The notes beneath the pieces were generated by a model. That model did not search any database and was not told the origin of the DNA. It saw only the letters and a list, made by a program, of their open reading frames with translations. The position numbers and the translations under genes are program-made. Shown one piece after another: positions 38,685 to 51,100 of a stretch of DNA of 64,000 bases (its first letter is position 1; each line of letters opens with the position of its first letter). The stretch lies in the NCBI GenBank assembly GCA_964106915.2, contig OZ066915.1. One strand, 5' to 3'. Source of the DNA: Podarcis gaigeae (lineage: Eukaryota).

Positions 38685-39023
38685 GTAAAAGCTGAACTGC
38701 GCAAGAAATGGTCCCATTTCTTGCTGGCATCCCCCTTTGTCTGCATGCCATGCTTTCTCGGAAAGAACATCAAGCACCTGGGGAGATGTTCCAAGAAAGA
38801 GCATTCGAACAATAATTGCTTCTCCCTGGAGGTGACTCAGCCTCAGAGCACACAAGTGGCAAAGCAGAGGACAGGCGGCAAAGCGGAGCTAAGCTTCGCA
38901 TTAAAGCATATTCCCAGAGCAAGCCTCTCAGACAGCAGTGAAGGAGAAGTCACAATGGGGGAGACGACCGAGGAAGTCTTCGAAGAAAGTGAGATTTCGA
39001 TTTGTAACAAAAGTAAAAACTGA
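38685..39023 (+). CDS. GLP2R: GLP2R exon 13 (helix 8 and C-terminal tail, to stop)
   Basis: VKAELRKKWSHFLLA...SLSDSSEGEVTMGETTEEVFEESEISICNKSKN*; ttccag acceptor. Confidence 0.95.
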   Translation, partial: VKAELRKKWSHFLLASPFVCMPCFLGKNIKHLGRCSKKEHSNNNCFSLEVTQPQSTQVAKQRTGGKAELSFALKHIPRASLSDSSEGEVTMGETTEEVFEESEISICNKSKN

Positions 39024-41819
39024 GATACCTGATTAGATCAAGGAGGGATCTTGCATCATGTGCCATGTGGGAACCGCTGGAAGTAGGTGGGGGGGAGTGA
39101 AAGAAAAAGATGGTGAAAATAGCTACTTAGCATTTTCCTCCAGGTTGACTCTTCCCAGGTAATTTCCCCCCCTGACAAAATTAAAGTCAGCCAAGCCTGG
39201 TAACTGCATGGAAATGGCTTCTCCTTGGTCCTACAAGAACCAGATATGAAATTGGGAATAAAAGGAATAGACTGAGCACCTTGAAAGAGCCTGCTGTTTC
39301 TCTTAGGTTTCCCAACATTGACCGCCACTATTGGAGCCATCAATCTGATCCCATGGGACTGCTCTGCAGTGTCTCAGAAAGGACAACCATTGCTTAAGTG
39401 ATACTGTTAAACAAGAAGCTGAATTCCAACAATGACTAAATGAACAGGATTGACATTTAGGAATGTGTGGGATTGTATATATTTATAAGCACATTTTCCA
39501 AGCTTTGCTGTAAAAATTATGAAATGCTGAACGGACTTGTTTTTAGGGCACAGCTGCTAATGCTTCTTTTAATACATGTAATATACAAAGTTGTGGTTCT
39601 TTCTTCCATTATCCTTCCAACAGACCTGCAACAGGAGTCATTATTACTTCCACTTTGCAAATTTATTTTAAACATCTTTATATCGCCTCTTAACAGGGAG
39701 AAAACTGATATGACTGGAGATGAAAAATCTGAGAAGCTTCAAAGTCACCAGATGGGGAAAAAATGGGAGGGAAGCGGGGGCAACATTACCCAAATACATC
39801 TATTTGTCAAAAAGCCAGACAGTGTGGTGTGATTTACAAATTGAGGATGAGTTAATGAGAGAACAAGTGAATAGGCAAGCAAGCAGAAAAGGGCCAAGCT
39901 AGAATTTGCAACCAGATCCATGTAACATTTTTTCAATACAGCATTTTTATTTAAGAAGCAGCAGCCTGGGGAGTGAGGTGGAGGACCAAATGGGTGGTGT
40001 GCTTGCTCCTTTTACCACCAGCCATGCCTTTCCTCAGAATTCCACCAAGCTGCTTTTCTCCCCATGGAGGAGAAAATATGGGTAACCCTAGGTCCACCAG
40101 GAGCTGCTTCACACCGTCTTGAAATCACAAGCAACTGCTAAGCTATGTATCCACACAGCTCCAGGCCTGCTGTGTTTGTTACCTGTTGTCATTTTTATTT
40201 CACAAGCTGTTGATCTTACAACATGTATTTTCACAGATTTAAAAATGGGAAGCTGCCAAATTGTTTTCCTTCCTTATATATTGTACCCACTGTGAAATCC
40301 AAAGGCTGGTTTTGTCACGTGTAATTAGTTCTTAATTTATGTGCTGCTTAATGTACAATGACTTCTAAGCAGTGTACAAGTATATTTTAAAAAATCAGTG
40401 ATAAAATCCATACATAACTTTGAAAGGCAAGCGTTCTCTGCAATCCCGCTTGCTGAGTCTCAGGAGGTGGCCACACCTATGGAGAACAGATGAGCCACTT
40501 TTCAATATATATATATAGATAATAATCCTGAAGTAAATAAAACTCCAGGACCTTATCAAGCAAGTTATAGATCAGCTAAAGCTATCATTCAAGAAACCTG
40601 GTTGATATACTGTCCATGTCCTTGAGAGCGATAACGTGGCTTGGTAAAATGCCATTCATTCTAGATTGTGCTTCTTGACAGTGGATTTTTTGCAGCCATT
40701 TGTGCAATTCTTCTTTTAAGACCAGTCGTCTTTCAAAGTATATTTTATGGTACGTATCCAGATTTCTTGCATGAGGGTTGCTATTATTTCCTTCTAAGAT
40801 GTTCTATGTTTTCAAATGTTTTGTAGGATTCCATTGACACAAAGACCCTGCCCTTTATGGCTCTTTAGCTCTTTTTAAAACAAAATTTCAGCTGGCTTAA
40901 CCTGTCTTCCTGTCTTTAATGGCTCTTGCAGTTCTTTCCTAGTCTCTAACAAGGACCAGGTCTTGGTAGGGAATAACACTGTGTCATTGAATGAGATGAA
41001 CCTAAAATGGCCACCCAGTTACAAACACTGCTGGATGCAATCCAGGGAAAGTTATACTCAGAGCCTACTGAAATTAATGGAACTTATTTCCATATAATTG
41101 CACTTACACTTATGCAGCCTACATGCTAGAAAACATCAGTTCCTCTGAGACCAGCCTGAGCACTCTGGGATTCATCGCTCTGTTGACGTGCTGAATTAAT
41201 GTTTACACAAAGGAAGTTGGAGAATGCCCAGCACGTCCCTGTTCCATATCATTATGCTGGTCAGACAACTCCCCAGATAATAAGCAAAACTTTTCCTTTT
41301 ACTCTATGAGGGAATGAGTGGTTTGTACACAAAGACCTCTGGCACACAGCTTTTGTAAGAACACACTAAATAGGCAGGCAGTAATATTACCCAATGGACT
41401 ATTACTTATTACTCTGTGTAGACATGAAGATTGCAATGCGCTTTAATTATCACCTGAGAGAGACAGAATAGGTAAAGATGGAATCAATTCTTATGTTAAG
41501 ATGAAAACAATGAAACCAAGAAAGTTTTTCTGTACATCCAAGGGGTAGAAACTTTATTTTGTAAAAATGAAAGTTGAATGCCAAGTTCTGTATCAGGTAT
41601 CGAAGTTTATGACTTAAAAACAACCTTATGGATTTAGGCCTGGTTCACATGTTACATTAAGCCAAGTCATGGTTTAGCATGAATGTGCAAGCGTAAAGTC
41701 TCCCAGAAAAGAGATTGCAACCACTTTGCTCCTCTCTGCTCATTTTGCTGATGAACCATGCTAATGACTTGATGTGGCGTTGTACTAACCTGGCCCAATG
41801 GTTTAGCTCTCTTCAAACT

Positions 41820-42170
41820 AATCATGACTGATAAGCTTATTAAGGAATCTTTGGTGAGAGGAACTTACCAAAAACTTTTTAAAAGTCTAAGTGCACAATT
41901 TATACCAGGCACTTGTATAAATATACCAAAGTCTTGAAGAATTTTAAAAGGTTTGTGAAACAGGACTTACTTTGGTGAGGCCATGTTGATTCTTCTTCAG
42001 CAGGACTTCCTATTCTATTTGCTTGATGATTTTATATTGAATCATGCTTTCCACCAGTTTTCCTCAAACAGATGTAAGCTAAGAGCTTTAAATTACCTGG
42101 AAACCTTTTAAAAATTGGTGTTACATTGGCTACTGCCTATTCTTCTATTACGGATGCTAATGCAAGTTAC
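41820..42170 (-). mobile_element. Degenerate CR1 LINE reverse-transcriptase fragment
   Basis: Minus strand gives ANVTPIFK..., GKLVESMI...KNQHG...SCFTNLL..F...LDF remnants with frameshifts. Confidence 0.75.
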
Positions 42171-42699
42171 TTATTTTTTTTTAGAAGATAGTTGTTCTCT
42201 CAAATATATATAAAAAAGATTTTATCTTCACAGCCTCTTATATATGCCTTTTACCATTTTCTTTTACATAACAAAAATCAACAGGGACTTTAAAAGTAAA
42301 CAATGCCTCCAGGCATTGTGTTTGGATGTATTTTCTGTGGGGTTTTGGAAACTGTGGAGGCAGAGGTGAGACAGTTGCCCACCTTTAGGAAACATAATAA
42401 AATGGCATTAGAAGGGTTTAGCTATTCAGCTACAGGCTGTAGCACCAGATTATTATCTTGTAGAATATTGAAACATAATCCATAGAAGGGAATAATACGA
42501 GAACTGGACTCAGGGTCACTGACCTCACAGGTCTGATTAGAGGGGTTTTCTGTATGAATTGTCAAATCAATGTATAAATTAAAACATGTGGAATTTTTTT
42601 TGAAAGGGAGATCATTATTTGAAAAGTAGGCAGCAGATGCAGAAGATGAAAAGGAAACTGACAAAACCATGCCAGTCTGATTAGAATGTAAAATACGTG

Positions 42700-43490
42700 A
42701 TTGCTGGGATAAAGGGAAAGTGTATTATTTTGATACAAGCATTTTACAATGTCCCTCATCAAGGCTCCTGAGCATGCTTAGTAGTCATAGAATAAAAGTA
42801 TGAGGTTTCTTATGGGTTAGTAATTGGCTAAAGAACGGAAGGCAGGAGCAGATGGACAGTTCTCAATGAAGGCAAGAAAACAATAGCTGATTATCAGTAC
42901 TGTATCTGGCAGGGCCAGCCCAATACTTTTTGGCACCTGAGGCAAAACCCAAAATGGCGTCCCTCCTTGGAAGAAGGGGCGATTGCAGATCTACATCAGG
43001 AACAAGGGGGAAATAAAGATCAATGTGGGATCGGCTGCCGCTGGCGAGCCTGCTGCTGCCCCTCAGCTGCCCTTATCTGGTGCTATTCAGTTTGCTCATA
43101 AACAAGTCTGTGATGACTAGGGAGAAGGTTAAGGATGACATCAAATTATTCAGGATGGGGGAAACCAAAGCAGACTACAAAAGGCTCCAAGAGGGACTTT
43201 CCAAACTAGGTAAATGTAGGGGCAGGAGGCAAATAAGATTTAATGCAAACAGGTTTCAAAGATGGGTAAAATGAGCTGACACAATAAAATTGATTAGCAA
43301 AAAAATCAAGACAAGCAAAAGGAAGTACACAATGTAAAGTTCATCTATGGTGTTCACTGCTATGAGATGGGATGGCAAGCAGCTTAGATGGCTTTAAAAG
43401 AGATTAGACAAATTCACAGAGACCAAGGCTATCAATGTCTGACAGTCATGCTGGCTAAGTGGAACATCCATCTTCAGCAGCACTGAGGCA
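42700..43490 (+). mobile_element. Degenerate CR1 LINE RT/3' fragment, interrupted by a short element at ~42905-43078
   Basis: AFYNVPHQ..LS.LSSH...WVSNWLKN, then DDIKLFR...LQEGLSKL and a CR1-like 3' end (gctttaaaagagattagacaaattc). Confidence 0.75.
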
Positions 43491-43524
43491 TGTCATAAAA
43501 TGCTAGTTGTTGGGGGAGGAAGGC

Positions 43525-43526
<2 letters not shown>

Positions 43527-43597
<71 letters not shown>
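43527..43597. repeat. Compound (CT)n(GT)n microsatellite
   Basis: Direct reading. Confidence 0.95.
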
Positions 43598-43598
<1 letters not shown>

Positions 43599-46500
43599 TG
43601 TGGGCCTGAGGGAGGCATCTGCTTGGTCACAGAGTGAAACAGGTGCTGTAATATGGGAGTCAGAAAACGGGTATCTTCCACCTCTCATCAGCTGCAGCCA
43701 CTATAGGGAGCTGTAGTCCAATAATTGGGGGGAGGCAGATCCCCTGCTCCTGCTGTACTAGATAGATGATTGTGCTGATTCCATAGGGACTGGGGTTGAA
43801 GTCCAACAATCTGCAGAGGGTCACAAGTTCCACACTGCTACTTTAGCAGAAGCTGTTAGACTCTCTGGCGAGCTCATTTTTGCTTTCTCATGCATCTGTA
43901 ATCCTTCCCTGTTTATTGGGAGGGGTTGGAGTTGGGAAATCAAGTGACCTTATATAATCAAATCCAAGAGGCCAGGTGAAAATAGTATTTTGGGCTACTT
44001 CAACTGATTGCAGACTCTACGGTAGAAAAAAACTGCAACTGTATAAATCAGCAGTTTTAATCTTCGAAACTGCTGTTATTTATCCATGAACTAGACTGAT
44101 GATGTTTATCTTGTTAGAGCGAGGGCTCCACCTATCCAAATCAAACAACCATCCATCTCATTCATTTTTCAAGAAAATAAAATGGTGCACTCATTTTTCT
44201 TTATATCATCCCATAGCAGATATATCCTTTAAGGAAACAGGTACAAAACCAGCACATAACAGCCTCATTTTGCATTCTATGTATTTTAGGGTGTCCTCTT
44301 TACTCTGACTCATGGACTAGATACAATCTGCACCAAGAACACTTTAGGTCTTTAAAATTGCTCTTTACTACTCAGAGCAAGAATAATAAAGGGGGGGGGA
44401 CAACCTTGATTTTATTTGCTTTGCATATCACCTGCAAGACTTCACAAAAGATGAATTTCCCACATGGAAGTGACTTCTGTATAGAAAATTGCATGAAGTG
44501 CCATATACTGTGTCATACAGGTCTTCACACAATGACCTTTATGAAACAGTACCATGTTCTTATGGAATGCAGCCCATTTTACAGCCCCAGATCCACCCAA
44601 CTCTGGTGCCTTTCTATGATGTATGTAACTCTTCCAAGAGCATATGCTATCATAGGATACCACCAAAAAGGACTTCCATGGCAGGCCAAGTGACATAACA
44701 ACTGAATCCATGTAAGTATAGCCATCAAAGATACCAAATATGATACCTAAGGTAAAAGCTTTCCCATGCAACATATTACCGGTACTTCAGAAAACTATTT
44801 ATTATTGTTATTTGTATTATTAAGTGTAAAAACACTTGCAAAACAAAGTGCTGTAAAATAAAAGATAATTCCTGCATAAAACTGAAATATCACACAAATT
44901 CTAAATTTTGTACAAATTCAGGATTTGAAAATTTCCCAGAGCCAATTGATGTTTCAGGAACCAAGATAACATTTTGCAAACCATATTCACATTTTTTAAA
45001 AAGTTCTACTTGATTGTAGTAATCAACAATCTTCTAAGCAGATACCAACAGAGTCTGATGACTTTTACTGCCTAGTTTGATTAATTCAGACTGCAAAGAT
45101 AAAAAATCAGCACATAAAACTGAAAATTGACTCATTTTGCGCTCTATGTAACCTCAGGGATCTCCTCATATGAACCAGCCTGGACCATGTGGCTGCATCT
45201 GAAGGGACTTAGTATTTTATCTTTGACTGGGACATAGTCTCTAGGATGTTTTTGGCACCTCAAGTCTATCATTGCTATGAGGCTGCTACAATCAACATGA
45301 GGTCACCAAGGCCAAACAAGTAAACAAATTATACTAGAAGGAGTAATTTAGGCATCCTTCCACAAACAATTCCTTAAAAGTAAGAGGCATAATTTATCTC
45401 TAATGCCAAAATCAAGTCATGGATCTGTAAACAGAGTTACAATTTATACTGAATCTTCAGAAGATGGAGCATTTGGTTTGCAAAGTTAGAAAACAGGGCA
45501 CAAATAGTCAAACTGAAGTTAGAAGTGCATACCTTAAATGACATGCATGGAAAAAGTAAAATTATTACAAACAGAAAGAAGTGTTGTCTAATTCCACAGG
45601 AATCTGCAACTTTGGTATAAACATACTGAAAGGGCTGTTTTTAAAGAAATATAAAAGCTGTTCCAGTGTACAACAGTAAATGAAAGAAGGCTTTACTCAG
45701 TACTGGTGAGGGTGAGAAGAGAATTTGTAATTACTTCTAGTAATGCCGTATATTGAGGATGATTCAAACTGGAGAACATGAATGAAGAAGAGTAATACTT
45801 TAGACATGTTTTGAATTCTCCTTTGTAACACTCAGAAGAGAAGCAGAGCAACCCAATATTGCAATTGCTAAAATTATCTACCTCAGGTTATTGGAAGCTT
45901 CTGGAAACATCTGTGTAGCAAATGTTTGCTGGTTGCTCTGATGTAGCAGCAGCTCTATGTACAATTGCCTGGGGTCCTAGAAGCAGCCAGTGGATCTCTG
46001 GGCTCCTCAGAAAGTTTGAACCATGGGCCAGTGCCCCACTTGTCCCCACCCTACCCCCGCCGGCCTATACAATGGAGTCTAGTTCTAAATCAGTATCTGT
46101 GACTGACCTTCAACCGTCCCAGTTCCAGTGTGGCAAATTAAGCTGCTCTTTGTCATCCTGCCTTTTTAGCTGAGCAGTTTAATAGCAAATCCTATCAGGA
46201 AGCTGTGGATGGCTTTCTGCACCTTAGGGACCAGTCTTCCCCTAGTAAATGTCTCCTACCCAGCCATATCCTCAATTAGAATTCACCACATGAGTCTTGG
46301 CCATTGCAAAATGAGTTCTCCATCCCCTGCTGTTGAACACTATTTAATGTGAATCGTGGTCACTACATGATGGCCCCCAACTGACACTGTGAATTGTAAC
46401 AGACAATGGAGCCACTGTCAGGGTACCAATCCCCTCAGCAAATATAATAATCGGAAGAGCAATTACTCCCACTTTTTGAAGGGCAGAAGACTCCTTCTTC

Positions 46501-46619
46501 AGACTCTCTGTTTGAGAGAATATTTGACAAAACGCAAAGGCTGCTAAGGAATTTACTTCAGAATTGCCAGTTTGTAATAATTGGCTGTAAGCCGGAGGAA
46601 GACTTGTGTGTACGCATAG

Positions 46620-46636
46620 ACACAGACAGACAGACA

Positions 46637-46668
<32 letters not shown>
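46620..46668. repeat. (CAGA)n(CA)n(GA)n microsatellite
   Basis: Direct reading. Confidence 0.9.
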
Positions 46669-48059
46669 CTTCTTACCTTACATCCTTTTCTCACTGCAAC
46701 TTCATAATCCATTTAATTTCAAGATAATACTCTACAGAAGCACAGCTGCTGGGTTCTTTACTGATATGCTGCCTTGTTATTATTATTATTGTTATTAGTA
46801 TTAAAATGTGTATACTGTCCTATACCTGCAGGTCTCACAGTGGTTGCAACATAAAAACAGGATATGAAAACACAAAATACATAATAAAAACAAAAACTAC
46901 CCAGTCCAAGAAATGTCATTCTTATTTATTTTTAAAACTTAAAACTATATTTATTATTTGTAAAACTCAGCAGGGAGGCAGATGGTGGCAAAACTATAAT
47001 ATGATGACTCTACTGGTCATTGGCTCTGGTTCCACTTACTGTCGGTCTCCATGCTTTCCACCCGACCAGTGAATACCACTGTTTCTATGAGTAACAACTC
47101 ATGTCTGAGGCAACAATCTACCCTTAAGAACTTCTGAGGTAAAGCAGAACAAGAATACCCTCTGCTCAGCCAGCCCTTGCCTTCCTGGTTGCTCTAGAAA
47201 CTGCTGCTAGTTAAAACCTACTCACAGGGCTGGTAGCAGTTTTTATTCACCCACCACCCCCTGAAGAAACCCTAATACATTGTTAACCAGGTGGGTCTAT
47301 GGAATGCCTACTAAAATACCCCAAATATAGATGAACTACTAGGCAATGTGTACATCAAGTATAGGTGGGTTTTGCAGATGACACTGTAATGTGAAACGAG
47401 ACTGAAACATGTTTCTATGTGACAGGAAAAGGAAGTTTTCTTTACCGTGGATTTCTGTTTTCCGAGTTTTCTGTTCAATAGTTCTCAACGCTGGGGTGGC
47501 GCCTTCCCTTGGAGCATTATAGGCAGGGTCAAGTTTTGATGAACAAAGACGCCTTTCCAAGGAAACAGCAGACACTTTTTAAGGTGCCAGAGATTTCAGA
47601 CCAATGGCTGTCTTTCCTTGGAGGTCTTTTTTAACCGAAGTTGGACGGCCATTTGACAGGGATTCTTTAGCTGTGATTCCTGCACTGACATATTGGGGAC
47701 CTGAGTGAAATAAAGCCTGCCTTTAGGTTCCTTCCAACTCTGCAACTCTATGATTCTATGACTCAACATCTTATTTTGTGACACCACTGGGTCAGCGTAA
47801 CAGAAAAAAAGGAGCTGATAGCATGCTTTCTGCTGTGTTGCAGTGTCACCACGGAAGATGGTTAAGGGGTATCGTTATAGCAATTGACTCAATAGGGTCC
47901 AAGAGGGTGAGCCTGTTCCTATTCATTGAAATTTTGCCTCCTTGCATCCCGATGCATGTTAATCCTTTTCTATGTACTGATGTACGCATGCACATAATCA
48001 TGTGGATTAATTCGAGTGTGGTCACAGAAATCCTGCTGCTTATTAGTGAAAATAACAAT

Positions 48060-48100
48060 TCAGTAACACAGCATTTAATGGACTGTACAGTTTATTTTAC
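48060..48100 (-). terminator. Candidate GAS7 polyadenylation signals (AATAAA plus ATTAAA)
   Basis: Minus strand reads gtaaAATAAActgtacagtccATTAAAtgctgtgttactg. Assignment to GAS7 is inference. Confidence 0.4.
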
Positions 48101-51100
48101 ATGAGATGAGACAAAGCTTTTCAAGTGCATAATACAAACTTGCTAAAATAGAGGAAAGTACAAAGTTTATGGAAATGTTTGTACATAAGACGGAGGAAAA
48201 TGTATAGCAAATACCTTCAACATTTAAGGGCTAGATCTGTAAATGGGGTAAATCAGTGCAACTCCAGTGATATTAACATTTAGGAGACATACCTGAACTG
48301 ACAACAAGGCCCTTAAATTTTAACGAGTATTTATTTACCTCTTCAGCTGCAGTGTTTTAGTCATACAATTGCATGGGACAAAAAAGCCACATTAACAGTT
48401 TTCACAATGATTAAAGGCTCACTGCTGTTATTGATACACAGAGCTTACAGTAGAATTAAGTTTTTAAATGTCTAGTCAGCCCAAAAATCTGCAGCTAAGT
48501 ATTATTACAAAGTTCAAAGCCATTACTGCTGGTAGAGGACACATTTGACTGTAAAAATTTAGAAAGTGTTTAGTAAAAGGTACAGGATAAAAAGACGAGA
48601 TAAGCAATGCCATTTTTAAAAATCTCTTTTTTTAAAAAAAAAACTGTTTTGGGGAGAGCTAGTTGCTGGCCAGATCTGCCCTCCAAATCTATTATATCTG
48701 CAAAACTGAATTGTGCACTTTCAATTTACTCATGGATGGTAAAAAGAAATACATTGTGAATTTGCTTATCCATATAGCCTGTGATAAGCCTACAGTGTTT
48801 GGAAACACAAGTTTTGATAACAGGGAGTGTTGCTTTCATAAGGCTACTCTGACATGGGAGACACACAGTGAATTCAGATTCACTGGGAAAATAGACAACC
48901 AAATACAGGAAACAGAAATTTCAGTGTACACCAATTTTGGAAAGGAACACAAGGATATATTTGCCAGAAATCAAAGTCAGCAATCACAGTTAAGGATGTT
49001 TAAGGCTGCAATCCTATGCACATATCTTGGGAAAACTTCCTTCTGAGTAAACATGCATAAACTGCAAGCTCCATTGATTGCAGCCAATTCACTTTGCTAT
49101 TCATTAGATTGTAGCCACCTTCACTTCCTTGCTCTGCAATAATCATTATTGCTACTACATAGACATGATGAATTGGGTACTCAAACACTGAAGTTAGTCT
49201 TGAGTTTTTCTGCTAACCGTATTCAATGCACATTAGGGTCAACCGATTTAAAAATATTGACAGAGTGAAATTACTACTGTCTACAAACCCCAAACATCCA
49301 AAAGGTTCATTACAATTTCCATTAAAAGCATCCTCTTCACTTGCAATGCTTATGTAACAGAACCACTAGAGAAGAACATCGGTTTGAAACGAATGCTGCC
49401 AAACTTGGAATCGGTCTGCTTAAATGTTACTGGGCACTCGCTCAAAACTTGGCACAACCTGGGGCAAAAAAGGCCCTGCACCACTTTTTCAAGGAGTGTT
49501 ATGTGATTTTCCACTAGCATTAATACTGTAAAAAATTCTATATTAAAAGTGGACTATATTAAGAGTGGACTATGAGCTCAGAACTGTAAAATCTAATAAT
49601 CTGAGGTGGATTTGTAATCTCTAAAATATTATTTTGCTGTTGTTTATTCAAAATGCCCAAACTGGTTGTGCTTTAGACTTACAGCAAGATCTTGCTGGAG
49701 TTTGCTTGTGATAAGAGCAGCAAAGGAAAATAACACACACACACACCAAAAATATCCCAGATTGTGTATTTGAACACAACTGAAAATATGCCTGTTCTTT
49801 ACATCCCTTCTAGATTAAAACCAATCTTATCCAAGATATTTCAACTTAATATAAGTTGGGGGGAAATTTCCAATTCTCTATGCTTCCAAAACATTGGCCT
49901 TCCTGCCGCCACCCCCTCCAAATAAGGTTCTTCTTATTTTTTTTATTTTTACATGGTCCAAACGTTAAAATAAGAGCATTTAGCTAGATTTCAATAGTAT
50001 TTGGCACCGTGGAGTGCATAAGGACTAAGAAAGTATCAGCAAGATCCGTATCTTGCTGAAATCAATGGTATACCATTGGTTTTCTGGACCACACCATAAA
50101 CAAACCAAGACAGCTGAGCAGAGAACATATCATAGAAAGGAGCCACCATATCACAATGAATTATGTAGAATGCACAGCAGAGGCTCAAGACAGGCTTGCT
50201 GTAAAGTAAATTTCCAAGCACTTAAAAAAAAACTGTAGTTACCTAAAACAACTTTTTCAAAAAGTATCTGTACCAATCCTGATAGCAGGTGGAGGGTTTT
50301 CAGGAGGCGTATGGACAAAACTCCAACTTGGAAATCGGACAAAAATTGTTGTCTGAAATTAGACCACAGCGAAGTATTCTGAAGCATATATGAGTGGGCA
50401 CAGAATGAATGGACATCAAACTAAACATCAGGAAGACTCACTGCCATGTAAGTTGAAGTCCCAGTCATATGGGAATGTCAAGTTTTGGGGTGCAGTGTTC
50501 TTTGTTTCATACCAATTATGGGATAAAAGAACTATTGTCTTGCTCCGCAATGAACAAAGGCCGCAAGATTCTCAAAACATCACCTTAACAGACGTACACA
50601 ACCATTAGTTCTACAAACACATTGGTTGACTTGCTTATACGAAAAGTGAAGGAAACAAGAGTCACACAAAAGTCAAGCAGGAGAACCCCATGCAAGATCA
50701 GCAAAATGTAAAATACATGCAGTGCCACCTCCAGGCACAGTGTATGGTTACATAATGCTAAATGTGAGCGTGTACACTAGTCAAATTGCTGGGAACCTTT
50801 TAAGTTTTTGCCTGCCAAATGCAACTGCATGCTATGCCTTTGAGGTTAAAAAAAAATCCACTGTAACACATCTTAGTTACTAGGTATTGTGATTTACAGA
50901 CAGGATCTGAGAGACACCACCTTTGGTGCAAGTACTGATAGAGCACAATCAGTTCCGAGTTCATGCAACCAACGAATGTTCACTGTTGGAGACATACTGA
51001 GCTCAAGGTATTGGACTGGACAAAGTCTACTTATTTACACTATTCACATATCTTTATCCACATTATATACACAAGTACTGACACTCCTAAATCAAGGCCA

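Larger units (their letters stand above)
10726..39023 (+). other. GLP2R: Glucagon-like peptide 2 receptor gene span (13 coding exons, 1569 nt CDS, 522 aa class B1 GPCR)
   Basis: Exons of 69, 91, 105, 122, 107, 175, 160, 61, 70, 89, 139, 42 and 339 nt join in frame with GT-AG introns. Six ECD cysteines and motifs [40 protein letters not shown]; tail ends ...EEVFEESEI as in GLP2R. Synteny with GSG1L2 and GAS7. Confidence 0.96.

Noticed and set aside
40490-40960. Possible very old LINE RT remnant on the minus strand
   Set aside because: Only faint motif resemblance; cannot be supported without a profile search.
41820-43490. Idea that the two opposite-strand CR1 fragments are one element split by an inversion
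   Set aside because: Both contain the LDF/KAF..VPH RT segment, so they overlap in consensus coordinates and are more likely independent copies.
44358-47600. ORFs of 70-122 aa examined as possible RCVRN pseudo-exons
   Set aside because: No EF-hand or recoverin-like residues recognisable; several are driven by microsatellites.
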